From UHGV virus genome UHGV-0233651: a stretch of 40,980 nucleotides of DNA. One strand, given 5' to 3'. The first letter of the stretch is position 1; the number at the start of each line of letters is the position of its first letter. Both the position numbers and the translations under genes were made by a program. Origin of the DNA: a virus. The notes under the pieces are model-generated. The model had not been told where the DNA came from. It worked only from the letters and a program-made list of their open reading frames with translations, and did not search any database. Below are positions 1 through 9,634 of the stretch, piece after piece.

Positions 1-771
1 ACAAACCGTTACTGTGACTTTGAAGTTGCAGAGGAGATTAGTGATGCTATTGATCGTGTTTTATCTGATCAGCAGAACGAGATTGAACAATTCAAGTTAG
101 CTTATATGCTGATCACTGGTGCTGATCTTTCTGAGGATAAAGCAAAAGCGATGATGGAGCAGCTGGGTATAATCAATTTGAAAGACCCAAGCGCTAAGGC
201 AGGTTATGTTACGAAAGGCTTGCAAAAAGATTTTAATGAGTATCACTTTGGTCTTCTAAAAAAACAATTTTACACCGTATGTAAGGCAATTGATTTCAAC
301 GATGAAGTGTTTAAGTCGAATAGTTCTGGAGAAGCTCGAAAGTGGCAAATTATTAGTTTAGAAGCCAAGACAAATACCAAAGAACAGTACTTTCGAGAAG
401 GATTGAAAGAGTGTGCCGAAGTTATGGCTGCTTATTTGAATTTTGCCGAGAAAGTTACAATTGATCCGGAGAAGATCATTTTCACCTTCTCTCGTTCGCT
501 GCCAACAGATTTAAGTTATTTGGCTGAAGCCCTACCAAAATTAGCACCGTATGTTTCTAAACGTACCATTCAAAGTCAGATTCCGTTCGTCACAGATGTT
601 GATTATGAAAACGAAATGATTGACGTCGAAAGCGGACAATCATATCCAGATGGCGAATATGGAGGTGTCAATATTGAGCGTAATAGAAACGAAGTATTGG
701 ACCAAACGTCGAGAACTGGAAGATTTGGCAAGGCTCAAAATGGAAAATCAAACGCTAAGGAAACTAACTAG
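1..771 (+). CDS. portal protein, C-terminal part. The frame is open from base 1 and continues the ORF that runs off the window end at 40216..40980.
   Basis: Frame 1 is open from position 1 to the stop at 769-771. It lies immediately upstream of the Mu-F-like minor head gene, as in SPP1-type head modules. The combined length is about 511 aa. Confidence 0.7.
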   Translation, partial: TNRYCDFEVAEEISDAIDRVLSDQQNEIEQFKLAYMLITGADLSEDKAKAMMEQLGIINLKDPSAKAGYVTKGLQKDFNEYHFGLLKKQFYTVCKAIDFNDEVFKSNSSGEARKWQIISLEAKTNTKEQYFREGLKECAEVMAAYLNFAEKVTIDPEKIIFTFSRSLPTDLSYLAEALPKLAPYVSKRTIQSQIPFVTDVDYENEMIDVESGQSYPDGEYGGVNIERNRNEVLDQTSRTGRFGKAQNGKSNAKETN

Positions 772-1729
772 CGTTTTTCCCGATGCGTTGAAAGAAATTC
801 AAGCAGAGTTATTATCTCAAGCAGATTTACACGATATTACCTATGCCGAGATGATGGAATTTTATAGCAAGAGCGATCAGAAAAAATATCGTGAATACGT
901 GGAAAAGAACTATAAATCCCTCAAAATGTACGATGCTAAATATAAAGAATTCATTGAAGAATACTTTCCAGCATTTGATTATGCAAAGGTAAATCGCTTA
1001 TTGCAAATACGGTCCGATATTTTTCGAATTCTTGCAGAGCATGCAATAGATTCAGATGTGAATAAATACTTTTCGGATCGATTAGAAGATATTTTGCAAC
1101 GTTCGTACGCATCAAACGCAAACGTACTTGCGCAGATTTTGAACGTAGATTTGCCGAATTATTTATCTAAGGAAGAGCTTGAACATTATCTAAACTATCC
1201 TTGGTCAGGAAAGACGTTCTCACGTCGCCTATGGGGAAATATTTCCTCACTTGAGCAGAAGCTATCCAATGCCATTACAACTAGCGTAGCAAGCGGTGAA
1301 GGAGTTCTCGTGGCATTACGAACAATGCGAGAAGACCCAGAAATATGCGATATGTTCAAAAGGGAGGAATCGAAGTACAACAAGGCGATCGAAAATCTTG
1401 TGAGAACAGAATACGCTAAATTCGCTCAAGATGGTATTGAGAAATCTTATATTGAAACTGGCGTAGACGAATACAATGTCTTAACTGCAAAAGATGAAAA
1501 GGTATGTTCAATATGCGGTGGCAAAGCAAAGAACAACCCATACAAGTTGAGTGAAGCGATCATTGGTGAGAACCGTGCGCCTTTTCATGGTCGATGCAGA
1601 TGTACAGATGTTCCAAATATGCCGAAATTAGACAAAGATATTGACGCAGAGTATGATCGTTTATTTGGTGATTTATTAGATGAATTTGCACAAGATAATT
1701 TCGGTGTTAATTTGAAGCGGAGGAAATAA
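674..1729 (+). CDS. minor head / head morphogenesis protein (phage Mu F-like, SPP1 gp7-like)
   Basis: The C-terminal motif CSICGG...HGRCRC is typical of the Mu F / gp7 family. The ORF track gives 620..1729. TTG at 674 (or ATG at 659) follows the strong RBS GGAGGTG at 661-667. The gene overlaps the portal 3' end. Confidence 0.7.
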   Translation: MSVIETKYWTKRRELEDLARLKMENQTLRKLTSVFPDALKEIQAELLSQADLHDITYAEMMEFYSKSDQKKYREYVEKNYKSLKMYDAKYKEFIEEYFPAFDYAKVNRLLQIRSDIFRILAEHAIDSDVNKYFSDRLEDILQRSYASNANVLAQILNVDLPNYLSKEELEHYLNYPWSGKTFSRRLWGNISSLEQKLSNAITTSVASGEGVLVALRTMREDPEICDMFKREESKYNKAIENLVRTEYAKFAQDGIEKSYIETGVDEYNVLTAKDEKVCSICGGKAKNNPYKLSEAIIGENRAPFHGRCRCTDVPNMPKLDKDIDAEYDRLFGDLLDEFAQDNFGVNLKRRK

Positions 1730-2139
1730 TGATGAATGACTTTAACGAAGCGGTACTGACGATCAGTGTGAATGTAGATATTGCTGAGGTTTACAAAACA
1801 GCGATAGAGGCTGAAAACAGTCCAAACGGTCTAAGAGATCAGTGGAACGGAAATTATGCCTATGTTGTTATTGGTGATAAGTATGAAAAATCAGATAATA
1901 AAATCAATAGCGATTATTTCGAGCGAGTAATAAAAAATGGAAACATTTCAGATGAATCAACCGCATGGCGACCATTTGTATGGAACCCTTGCCGTGACCT
2001 AGATCTTCCTAATTATGTTAAAAAAAATACCGTCAACCTAACTATTCAACTCTTATCTCACACGCAGCCAAACTTAAAAGAAACAGTTAGCTGGTATGAA
2101 GCGATGGGGGCTACAGTGATTTATAAAAACTATATTTAG
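1729..2139 (+). CDS. hypothetical protein (head module)
   Basis: RBS GGAGG lies upstream. The ATG overlaps the stop of the previous gene (TAATGATG), which suggests translational coupling. Confidence 0.55.
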   Translation: MMNDFNEAVLTISVNVDIAEVYKTAIEAENSPNGLRDQWNGNYAYVVIGDKYEKSDNKINSDYFERVIKNGNISDESTAWRPFVWNPCRDLDLPNYVKKNTVNLTIQLLSHTQPNLKETVSWYEAMGATVIYKNYI

Positions 2140-2146
2140 AAAAGGA

Positions 2147-2500
2147 ATGATTAGTATGTGTATGCATTGGTCTACGAATGGTAAAACCTGTGCTTTTTGT
2201 GGTGAACCAATTCCAGATGTGATCGAGGCAAAGGCTATTGAAATTGCAGCTGGGAAAATTCAAGGTGAAGTTATCAGTTCAGAGCCATCGCCTGTGAATG
2301 AAATACTATTAGAAGCCGCGATTGAATTTTTGCACGACATTGATTCTGAAGAGATCGACACTATTCAAATTAATTCAACAAAGTACGACGATCGGTCAAG
2401 AGGTGTCACGATTGAAATCACTTATCCGCCTGAATTTACTGAGTTGGAGAAACAAGCGAAAGAAGTTTGGGAAAGACTCAAAGATAATACGGTAAATTAG
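2147..2500 (+). CDS. hypothetical protein with an N-terminal Cys pair (CAFCGEP)
   Basis: ORF with an AAAGGAATGA-type RBS that is co-oriented with the head module. Confidence 0.5.
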   Translation: MISMCMHWSTNGKTCAFCGEPIPDVIEAKAIEIAAGKIQGEVISSEPSPVNEILLEAAIEFLHDIDSEEIDTIQINSTKYDDRSRGVTIEITYPPEFTELEKQAKEVWERLKDNTVN

Positions 2501-2651
2501 GAAGTCTCGGCAAATGCTGAGCTTTTTTATTTTGTCCGAAATGACGTAAAACTAGCGCAATGCTGGGCTTAATTGAATGGTGGGGCGCAAACAATAAAAC
2601 TCAAAGCAATGCGGGGCGCTTGTGCGAATCGTGGGGCGAAAGGAGAAAATT
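2501..2651 (+). promoter_or_regulatory. GC-rich intergenic region upstream of the scaffold gene. It carries three imperfect direct repeats GCAATGCKGRGC (near 2511, 2557 and 2606) and three GGGGCG cores.
   Basis: The repeats are seen directly in the sequence. The 3' part (2604..2640) is similar to 37666..37700, which lies before the pre-terS ORF. Confidence 0.4.
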
Positions 2652-3272
2652 ATGAAACAATCTATGCCAATGAATCTACAGTATTTTGCAGAAGGTGACG
2701 GAGAACAAACTCCTCAGTTCACAATGGACGACTTTAAATCTTTTGCTGAATCAAATGAAGACGCTCAAAAGTTTCTACAATCTCAAAGTCAATCTGCTGC
2801 TGACAAGCAGTTAGAAGCTTGGAAGCAAAATAATTTAGATACGATTAAGCAGGAAGCAATCAAGCAGTATGAAGATTCAAAGAAAAATAAATCACCTGAA
2901 CAGGTTCAATTAGAAAAGCTACAAGCTGAGTTTGAAGCTGAAAAAGCTTTAAGACAAACAAGTGACAATAAAGCCTTTGTTGCTGAACAGATCGCAGGAT
3001 TGGAGCTTGATGGCGACTTGAAAAACTCAGTTTCTCAGTTCATGCTAAACAATTTAGTGAGTTCAGATACCGATTTCACTAAAAAGGCTGTAGAAGGCTT
3101 CACCGGAGTTTTAACTGCAATCAATGAGAAACACTCAGATGCACTAAAAGAACTTCAGATGAAGTCTGCATTTGGCGGGAATCAACAATCTGGTAGTCAG
3201 ACTCAACAAAACAATGAACCGCCAAAAGATCCAGATGCTTTGCTAGCCCAAATGATGAAAAATTTTAATTAA
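2652..3272 (+). CDS. scaffolding protein
   Basis: The N-terminal MNLQYFAEG motif is typical of phage scaffold and prohead proteins. The protein is helical and Q/E/K-rich. The gene sits between the minor head and major capsid genes. ATG 2652 follows RBS AAAGGAG, whereas the track start at 2622 is a GTG. Confidence 0.65.
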   Translation: MKQSMPMNLQYFAEGDGEQTPQFTMDDFKSFAESNEDAQKFLQSQSQSAADKQLEAWKQNNLDTIKQEAIKQYEDSKKNKSPEQVQLEKLQAEFEAEKALRQTSDNKAFVAEQIAGLELDGDLKNSVSQFMLNNLVSSDTDFTKKAVEGFTGVLTAINEKHSDALKELQMKSAFGGNQQSGSQTQQNNEPPKDPDALLAQMMKNFN

Positions 3273-3286
3273 TTGGAGGAATTACA

Positions 3287-4174
3287 ATGAAAAAAACATC
3301 AGTCAATAATTTAGAGTATTTAGATATTTCACCAGCTATTAATGCCATGCAAGTACCAAACACACCGTTTTTAAGCTACTTAATTGGTGCAGGAAAAACT
3401 TCACCAGCAAATTCTTCAGAGATCAAATGGCGTGAATATGATATCAACAGCGATGATTCTTCTGAACAACCGGAAGGTGGAGAATATCCAGATGCTGAAT
3501 CTGGCCGTACATGGTATAGCAACTATGAAGAAATTTTCCGTAAATCAACGTCTGTTTCTGGAACGTTAGATGCTATTAATGTTGATGGCATAGGCAATGA
3601 ATTGACTAATCAGGTCAAATTACGCGGTATGGAAATGAAGATTGATTTAAACCGCAAACTGATTACTGGTGTTAAAACCGATGAAACAGGTTCTGTTGGT
3701 CGGAAGATGAATGGAATCTTAAACTTAATCAATTCTGGAAACAAAGTAGAGACTGCTGCCGCTGGTGCTGTTACTCGCAAAGATATCGATAAGTTATTCT
3801 ACGCTATGTATACCAAAGGTTATATGGGTGAAAAGCTTTGCTTAGTATCCCCAGACATGCAAGATTTGATGACAGACGAAGTAGACGGTAAATCAACCAA
3901 GATCGCTCAGTTCGGTGATACTGTGGCATTTGGTTTGCAATTAGGGAAAATTGTTTCTAACTATGGTTCTGGTATTGCGTTAATTGAACCAGCGCTTCCA
4001 ACAGGAACTATCGCGGCCTTAGATACAAACTATGTTCAATTACGCCCATTACGCGAATGGAGAGCTGCGGAGTTAGCGAAAACGAGTGATTCTCGTCGCA
4101 TTGGTATCGTTGGTGAATATTCGCTTGAATACAACGCATCAAATTCAGGGGCGATTTTAAATTTAAAAGCATAG
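3287..4174 (+). CDS. major capsid protein
   Basis: A 295-aa protein lies directly after the scaffold gene. An RBS GGAGGAATTACAATG is present and a strong terminator follows. Confidence 0.65.
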   Translation: MKKTSVNNLEYLDISPAINAMQVPNTPFLSYLIGAGKTSPANSSEIKWREYDINSDDSSEQPEGGEYPDAESGRTWYSNYEEIFRKSTSVSGTLDAINVDGIGNELTNQVKLRGMEMKIDLNRKLITGVKTDETGSVGRKMNGILNLINSGNKVETAAAGAVTRKDIDKLFYAMYTKGYMGEKLCLVSPDMQDLMTDEVDGKSTKIAQFGDTVAFGLQLGKIVSNYGSGIALIEPALPTGTIAALDTNYVQLRPLREWRAAELAKTSDSRRIGIVGEYSLEYNASNSGAILNLKA

Positions 4175-4206
4175 AGACAGTTTAGTAGCTGTCTCTATTT
4201 ATTTTA
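4171..4206 (+). terminator. rho-independent terminator after the capsid gene
   Basis: ATAGAGACAG-tttagtag-CTGTCTCTAT forms a 10-bp perfect stem and is followed by TTTATTTT. Confidence 0.7.
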
Positions 4207-4219
4207 AGGAGGAAATAGT

Positions 4220-4426
4220 ATGGCTGAAAAAACAGAGTCTAAAAAAGTAAAAAAGGCAAACACAATTGAATTTCGTGTAGCAAAAGAAAAAAATTTTGTT
4301 GGCTTTATGCATCCTAAAACACGTCGGTTTATGACTGTCGATAAAGATGGGAAATTCTTTATTGAAGAAAGTGATGTGGAAGCATTGAAAATTTTGCGAG
4401 AAGCCGCTGATATTGTAGAAATCTAA
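4220..4426 (+). CDS. hypothetical small protein (68 aa)
   Basis: A strong RBS AAGGAGGAAATAGTATG is present. Confidence 0.5.
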   Translation: MAEKTESKKVKKANTIEFRVAKEKNFVGFMHPKTRRFMTVDKDGKFFIEESDVEALKILREAADIVEI

Positions 4427-4437
4427 GAGGTGATCAT

Positions 4438-4779
4438 ATGGATGATTCACTAAAGAAAAAAATTATTGAGTCATTGAAAAAGCAATTGCCAGAAGCTAAT
4501 GAGGAACGCTTAAAAATAGTTCTTGAGTTAATTCTCTTGGAAATTGAATCATACAATACATGTGGCAACGAAATCTCTTGGGAAAAGCTACAGGGAGCCA
4601 TTACAGAGGTTCTATATCAATCCATGAAGAATGAACTGGAGAATGTTATATCGTCTGTAAGACGAGGAGATACCACTATTAGCTATGCAAGTAAGTCTGG
4701 AGAAATTAAAGGATTACTTGCAGGCTACGATGATTTAATCAAACGAATTATCGGCTGTGGCGGATTGGAGTTTTTCTAA
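4438..4779 (+). CDS. head-tail adaptor / DNA-packaging connector protein (gp6/gp15-like)
   Basis: Size, position after the capsid gene and an N-terminal helical pattern support the call. RBS AGAGGTGATCATATG is present. Confidence 0.5.
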   Translation: MDDSLKKKIIESLKKQLPEANEERLKIVLELILLEIESYNTCGNEISWEKLQGAITEVLYQSMKNELENVISSVRRGDTTISYASKSGEIKGLLAGYDDLIKRIIGCGGLEFF

Positions 4780-5150
4780 TGAATGAAGTAGATATTCTGG
4801 CGACAACCTACAAAGATTCTTGTGTGATCGAGCGTATCAAAGATGTAGTTAATCCTGAAACAGGGATCTCAAAACAAGAGTATGGACCAGTTTATAGCGA
4901 CCCAGTTAAATGCGCTTTATCTCAATCGCGTTTAGATGGCTTGCCTGTAATAAAAGACGGAGAAATGTTGAATACATCAGTTGACGATTATCAATTATTT
5001 GTTCGTCCAACTATTAATATTAAAAAAGGCGATCGCATAACTGTTACTCAGCAGGTAAATGGATTGGTGATTAAGCTGTATGCTAATAAGCCTTTTTATT
5101 ATCCTAGTCATTGTGAAGTTAAATTGACAGGACGTGATCCGAATGGGTAA
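4779..5150 (+). CDS. head closure / head-tail joining protein
   Basis: The gene is at the expected synteny position. The ATGA start-stop overlap indicates coupling. Confidence 0.45.
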   Translation: MNEVDILATTYKDSCVIERIKDVVNPETGISKQEYGPVYSDPVKCALSQSRLDGLPVIKDGEMLNTSVDDYQLFVRPTINIKKGDRITVTQQVNGLVIKLYANKPFYYPSHCEVKLTGRDPNG

Positions 5151-5538
5151 GGATATTTCTATTGTCTCAAATGCAGATAAAGTCATTGAGAACTTTAAAA
5201 AAATGACTAAGCTTGCGGAGCAAGAAGGGATTGCTTTTGTCAATGATTCGATGAACAAAATAGTTTCGACGGCTAAACCACTAACTCCTGTGAAATCTGG
5301 GGATCTTCGCCGCGGGTATAGAGTCCAGGGCGCGAGGGTGCTTTCTGCAGGTAGAATTGTTGGAGCGGTCCGAAACAATGAAAAATATTTCAAATATGTT
5401 GAAGAGGGTCATAGAACAAGAGGTGGCGGTTTCGTCAAAGGACGGTTTATGTTGACTCGCGCAACAAATCTAGCTCATATGAGTTATATCCCTAGGAGAT
5501 TTAAACAAATGGCGATCAGGATTGTTAAGAAAGGATAG
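5143..5538 (+). CDS. HK97 gp10-family tail component
   Basis: The size and sequence pattern are gp10-like. ATG 5143 is preceded by AGGACGTGA, whereas the track start at 5134 is a GTG with a poor RBS. Confidence 0.5.
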   Translation: MGKDISIVSNADKVIENFKKMTKLAEQEGIAFVNDSMNKIVSTAKPLTPVKSGDLRRGYRVQGARVLSAGRIVGAVRNNEKYFKYVEEGHRTRGGGFVKGRFMLTRATNLAHMSYIPRRFKQMAIRIVKKG

Positions 5539-5922
5539 ATGCTAATGAAAGATAGAATAATTGCAGCGATCAGCAGTAAGTTAAAACAAATCTATTCAGA
5601 AGGCACTATCTATCTTGATTCGGTAATGCAATCGACAAAAGATTTCTATTTTGTGCTTTCTGTTATGGAAGCAGGAACTGAGAATGTGGGGATAGACGTT
5701 CAAAACATGGCTTTCTTAGTAGATATTGCTTTGGTTGACAACAAAAAAGATGATGAATTAATCAATAGATTAGTCTCGCGATGCGGGACTTTTTTTAATG
5801 TTCTCGAAATCGAAGGGAACACAATTTTTCCGGAGGAATATTTGCCGGACAAAGTGGATGGGGTGCAGCACATTCGATTTACTGTTGCCTTTCCACAATA
5901 CATTGAATGGAGTGAAGAATAG
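5539..5922 (+). CDS. tail completion / tail-tube terminator-like protein
   Basis: It lies immediately upstream of the major tail protein and is coupled to it through the TAGATG overlap. Confidence 0.45.
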   Translation: MLMKDRIIAAISSKLKQIYSEGTIYLDSVMQSTKDFYFVLSVMEAGTENVGIDVQNMAFLVDIALVDNKKDDELINRLVSRCGTFFNVLEIEGNTIFPEEYLPDKVDGVQHIRFTVAFPQYIEWSEE

Positions 5923-6528
5923 ATGCCAGAAAAGAAAAGTAAAACAGGAATTATCTCTGTTGAAAAGCCAACGTGGTTTCCGTTAAAAGATGACTCTGGA
6001 GATTTCCCTGTTTATGATGAGCCAATCGTAATGGGGACTGCGGTTAGTATCAAACCTTCTGCAAATTATGAGACGACTCAAGACTATGGAGACTCTGTTG
6101 TACAGGACCAGTTCACGGCATTTGGTGGTGCTGAGGTTGAGCTAGAAGCTAATGGCTACACACATAAAGTTTTAGGCACGATTACTGGCGGCAAGATCGT
6201 TAAAGGCGGAGCGCTACGTTCTGGTGAAGATATTGCTAAGGATGGTGCATTTGCTTATCGACGTAAGAAATCAAATGGTAAATATCGTTATACAGTCTTT
6301 TATAAAGGACAATTCGCTCTTGATTCTGACGAGACTTCTACTATAGAGGGCAGCAAAGTAACCTTTACCCACCCAACTTGGAAAGGTTCTTTCGTTGATG
6401 TACCAGGATTAGGATATATGTATTCGGTTGATGAAGACGACGAAGGCGTTGATGCAGAAATGATTAAGAATTGGTTCACTAAAGTGGCTAATCCGTTAGA
6501 AACGCCAGTTGAAGGAGGACAACAGTAA
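5923..6528 (+). CDS. major tail protein
   Basis: A 201-aa protein sits directly before the G/GT chaperone and tape measure genes. It resembles TP901-1/phi13-family major tail proteins. Confidence 0.65.
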   Translation: MPEKKSKTGIISVEKPTWFPLKDDSGDFPVYDEPIVMGTAVSIKPSANYETTQDYGDSVVQDQFTAFGGAEVELEANGYTHKVLGTITGGKIVKGGALRSGEDIAKDGAFAYRRKKSNGKYRYTVFYKGQFALDSDETSTIEGSKVTFTHPTWKGSFVDVPGLGYMYSVDEDDEGVDAEMIKNWFTKVANPLETPVEGGQQ

Positions 6529-6869
6529 TGTCAAAATATCAAACTACAATCAAATTAATGCAAAAGAATGATGAAGGGAAATATAAACCAGTACAGTTCA
6601 AATCAGCTGAATTCCTGCCTGGTCCAGTGGTTGAAGAAGCAGCTGGGATTTTAGAAACAGTAAGTGAAGCTGTCGGAGGTAAAGCTACGACTGAAGCTTT
6701 AAGTCAAGCTTACGCATTTATAGCCGATGTTCTTTTCGAAGGTCAGTTCACTGGTGAAGACTTTCGGCAAGGAATTGACGCTCGTGAAATCGCACTGCTT
6801 ACAGGGAAATTGTTGAAATCTGTAACTGCTGGATTTGACGAAACATACGCCGATACGAAAAAAAAGTAG
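6528..6869 (+). CDS. tail assembly chaperone (gpG-like)
   Basis: It holds the conserved position between the major tail and tape measure genes. It ends in an A-run slippery site. Confidence 0.65.
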   Translation: MSKYQTTIKLMQKNDEGKYKPVQFKSAEFLPGPVVEEAAGILETVSEAVGGKATTEALSQAYAFIADVLFEGQFTGEDFRQGIDAREIALLTGKLLKSVTAGFDETYADTKKK

Positions 6870-7072
6870 CGGAAGCTTTAAAAAATCCTCTGTTTAAAAA
6901 CACAGTCACGTATAGAGAATTAGAAATAAAGACGCAATTACTCGAAGCAGGGTGGACGCTACCAGAAATAGAGCGAACCGATCTTGACGAGTTAATGCGT
7001 CTTTTGGCTTTTCGTGATGCTGTTAGTGAGCATGAGGATCTCGAATACTACGACGAATATACCCAATTCTAA
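6528..7072 (+). CDS. tail assembly chaperone G-T fusion product made by a programmed -1 ribosomal frameshift
   Basis: The heptamer A_AAA_AAG lies at 6860-6866, just before the G stop at 6867-6869. The -1 frame is then open for about 68 codons (VAEALKNPLFKNTVTYRELEIK...EYYDEYTQF) up to TAA at 7070-7072. The 6870..7084 gap has no ATG-initiated ORF. Confidence 0.5.
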
Positions 7073-7084
7073 GGAGGTGACACT

Positions 7085-9634
7085 TTGAATGATGATTTAA
7101 TTCTAAAGATGATTCTTGATGAATCAGGTTTCTCCGCAGGAATGAATAGCGCTGTTAAAAAGCTAGGCTCATTCGACAACACTGTTTCCAACACAGGTAA
7201 AAAAGGCGGGAATGCATTAGGTAGCATCTGGAAAGTGTTCGCCGGCAGTTTCTTAGCTAGCGGGGCAACAAAACTAGTTGGTGCAGGTTTTGATCTAATT
7301 AAAGGATCAATCAGCGGCGCGATCGATCGAGTAGATACGATGAATAACGCAGTTCGAAATTTCAAGAACATGGGTTTCGAAGATTCTGAAATCAATAGGA
7401 CAATCGGTAAAGGCGGAACCTTGTCACAAGGTATTCAAGGGTTACCAACTGCACTGAATGACGCCATTAGTCAGGTTCAGTTGCTGGCTTCTTCTACTGG
7501 TGATTTGGGACGTTCTGACCAGATTTTTAGAGCGCTTAATGATGGAATCTTAGGTTTTGGCGGAACTACCGATCAAGTAAATGAAGCAGTGATTCAACTA
7601 TCCCAAAGTTTCTCGAATGGGAAAGTTGATGCTCAAACATGGAATTCAATGATCAATGCTCAGCTTGGACCCACCTTATCTGCTATTGCCAAGAAAATGA
7701 ACTTATCTATGGGGGAATTAAAAGAAGGACTTTCAAAAGGAACAATTTCTGTAAAAGACTTCCAAGATCAGTTAATTGAAATGGATACCAAAGGCGGAGG
7801 TGGTTTGAAGTCATTAAACCAAATCGCAAAAGATTCCACTAAAGGGATAAAAACTTCGATTCAAAATGCCAAAACTGCGGTTACTCGTGGTGTTGGTGAA
7901 GTAATTGAAGCTATGAATAAAGTTTTAGTTGACTCAAAACTCGGGGGTTTCAAAGGCATTATAGACGGTTTTGGGAATGCTATGGAAACTTTCTTAGGTG
8001 TGATTGCCAAAGGGTTGCCGAAAGCTGTGGAATTTTTAGGGGAATTAATCAAAGACTTAATTAAATTTGGTTCAGCCTTAAAATTTATTCTACCTTTTCT
8101 AGTACCTGCAGCTACGGCGTTCGGCGCATTCATGTTCCAACTTAAAGGGATCCCAGCGATTATTAAGAATTTCAATAATTTGAAAAATGCTATTACTGGA
8201 ATCGGCAAATCTTTAAAAATTATGGGGGCCATAGCTGCTGCAAATCCATTTGTTTTGATTGTCGGTGCTATTGTTGGTGCCATTGCTGTATTTGGCTATT
8301 TCATGGCTACTAATGAAGAGTTCAGGAACAAAGTTATTGCAGTATGGAATGACGTCAAAAAAGTTGTATTAGATACACTAGTCGCAATAAAAGACTGGGG
8401 TCTAAAAACTTGGGATTCTATCAAAGAAGTAGCGTCAAAAGCAGCCACTGGAATCAAGAATGTTTGGTCAGGAGTTAAAGAATGGTTTTCTAATTTGTGG
8501 AATTCCATCAAAGAAACAGCTTCAAATGCTTGGCAATCATTTAAGACCGTAGTAGTTCAGCCAATTGCAGAAGTTATTCAGGAAATAGTATCAGTTTTCT
8601 CAAGTATTGTAGAGTTTTTAGTCGGGATTTGGACGAACCTTATCGAAATTGGGGGAAGCTATTTCGAAATTCTAAAGAATGTAATTCTTGCTCCGATTTT
8701 GTTTGTCACTTCAATGATTACAGGTGGATGGTCAGAAACCAGAGACAATATGATTGCCGTATGGAACAACATTAAGGAAAACGCGTTAAACATCTGGAAC
8801 TCCATCAAAAATCTATTCACGATCGTTACTGGAGCGATGGTAAGTGTTGGGAAGATAATTTGGAATGGGTTTAAGACAGAGTTAATCAACCTATGGAACT
8901 TTATAAAAGCCAGTGCAAGCCTGATCTGGAATTCTATCAAGGCTTTCTTTGTTGCTACTTGGAACGCAATTAAAACTACTGCAACGAATACGTGGAATGC
9001 GATTAAGGACACAATGATAAATACATGGAATTCTATTAAACAGAATTTCTGGAACATTGTTTCTGGAATCGTTCAATCTGCTGAGAATGCTTGGACGAAT
9101 CTAAAAAATGGAGTTTCTAACGCAGTCGATCGTGTGTGGAATACATTCGACTCCTTACGAAAGATTAACTTATTTGAGATTGGTAGAAATATTATTCAAG
9201 GTTTGATTGACGGAATCACGGAAAAAGCGAATGCTGTTGTACAAAAAGTTCAAAGCATTGCTGGAAGCATAAAGAAAACTATTACTAATGCATTAGACAT
9301 TCATTCACCGTCTCGATGGATGCGAGACATGGTAGGAAAGAATATCGTTCAAGGGATTATCGTTGGATTAGATAAAGAACAGCCTGAGCTAGATAAGGCT
9401 ATGACTGATTTAGTACCTACGCCATCTGTTACTCCCACAGTAAGAAGTTTGACAAACAGACCTGTTGGAGTTACTCAAACTAAGACGGAAAGTCAATCTA
9501 CAGAAGTTCATTTGCATTTAAATGTTTACGGAGATCTTCCAGATTCAGTGGTTAAAAAGTTAGCAGCAAAATTAAAAACAGAGTTTACAAAACAAATGAA
9601 GCGTGATGCTGACGCTGTAGGAGGGATGGCATGA
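7085..9634 (+). CDS. tape measure protein
   Basis: The 849-aa protein has a TTG start after AAGGAGGTGA. It carries 13 or more 11-residue periodic repeats of the form x4-W-N-x-I-K-x3. Confidence 0.85.
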   Translation: MNDDLILKMILDESGFSAGMNSAVKKLGSFDNTVSNTGKKGGNALGSIWKVFAGSFLASGATKLVGAGFDLIKGSISGAIDRVDTMNNAVRNFKNMGFEDSEINRTIGKGGTLSQGIQGLPTALNDAISQVQLLASSTGDLGRSDQIFRALNDGILGFGGTTDQVNEAVIQLSQSFSNGKVDAQTWNSMINAQLGPTLSAIAKKMNLSMGELKEGLSKGTISVKDFQDQLIEMDTKGGGGLKSLNQIAKDSTKGIKTSIQNAKTAVTRGVGEVIEAMNKVLVDSKLGGFKGIIDGFGNAMETFLGVIAKGLPKAVEFLGELIKDLIKFGSALKFILPFLVPAATAFGAFMFQLKGIPAIIKNFNNLKNAITGIGKSLKIMGAIAAANPFVLIVGAIVGAIAVFGYFMATNEEFRNKVIAVWNDVKKVVLDTLVAIKDWGLKTWDSIKEVASKAATGIKNVWSGVKEWFSNLWNSIKETASNAWQSFKTVVVQPIAEVIQEIVSVFSSIVEFLVGIWTNLIEIGGSYFEILKNVILAPILFVTSMITGGWSETRDNMIAVWNNIKENALNIWNSIKNLFTIVTGAMVSVGKIIWNGFKTELINLWNFIKASASLIWNSIKAFFVATWNAIKTTATNTWNAIKDTMINTWNSIKQNFWNIVSGIVQSAENAWTNLKNGVSNAVDRVWNTFDSLRKINLFEIGRNIIQGLIDGITEKANAVVQKVQSIAGSIKKTITNALDIHSPSRWMRDMVGKNIVQGIIVGLDKEQPELDKAMTDLVPTPSVTPTVRSLTNRPVGVTQTKTESQSTEVHLHLNVYGDLPDSVVKKLAAKLKTEFTKQMKRDADAVGGMA

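Noticed and set aside
1195-1383. Short antisense ORFs listed in the track (e.g. 1195..1383-, 3384..3569+, 4199..4450-, 4995..5393-, 5700..5903-, 12130..12420-, 25346..25705-, 29505..29726-, 30180..30389-, 36574..36840-, 37029..37271-, 38308..38601-)
   Set aside because: All are embedded in confidently assigned genes on the other strand or frame. They lack RBSs and are compositionally atypical, so they are treated as spurious.
7861-9057. Minus-strand ORFs 7861..8283, 8296..8511, 8659..9057 and 8891..9076 inside the tape measure gene
   Set aside because: They are antisense shadows of a long, repeat-rich plus-strand CDS. They have no RBS and a hydrophobic, low-complexity composition.
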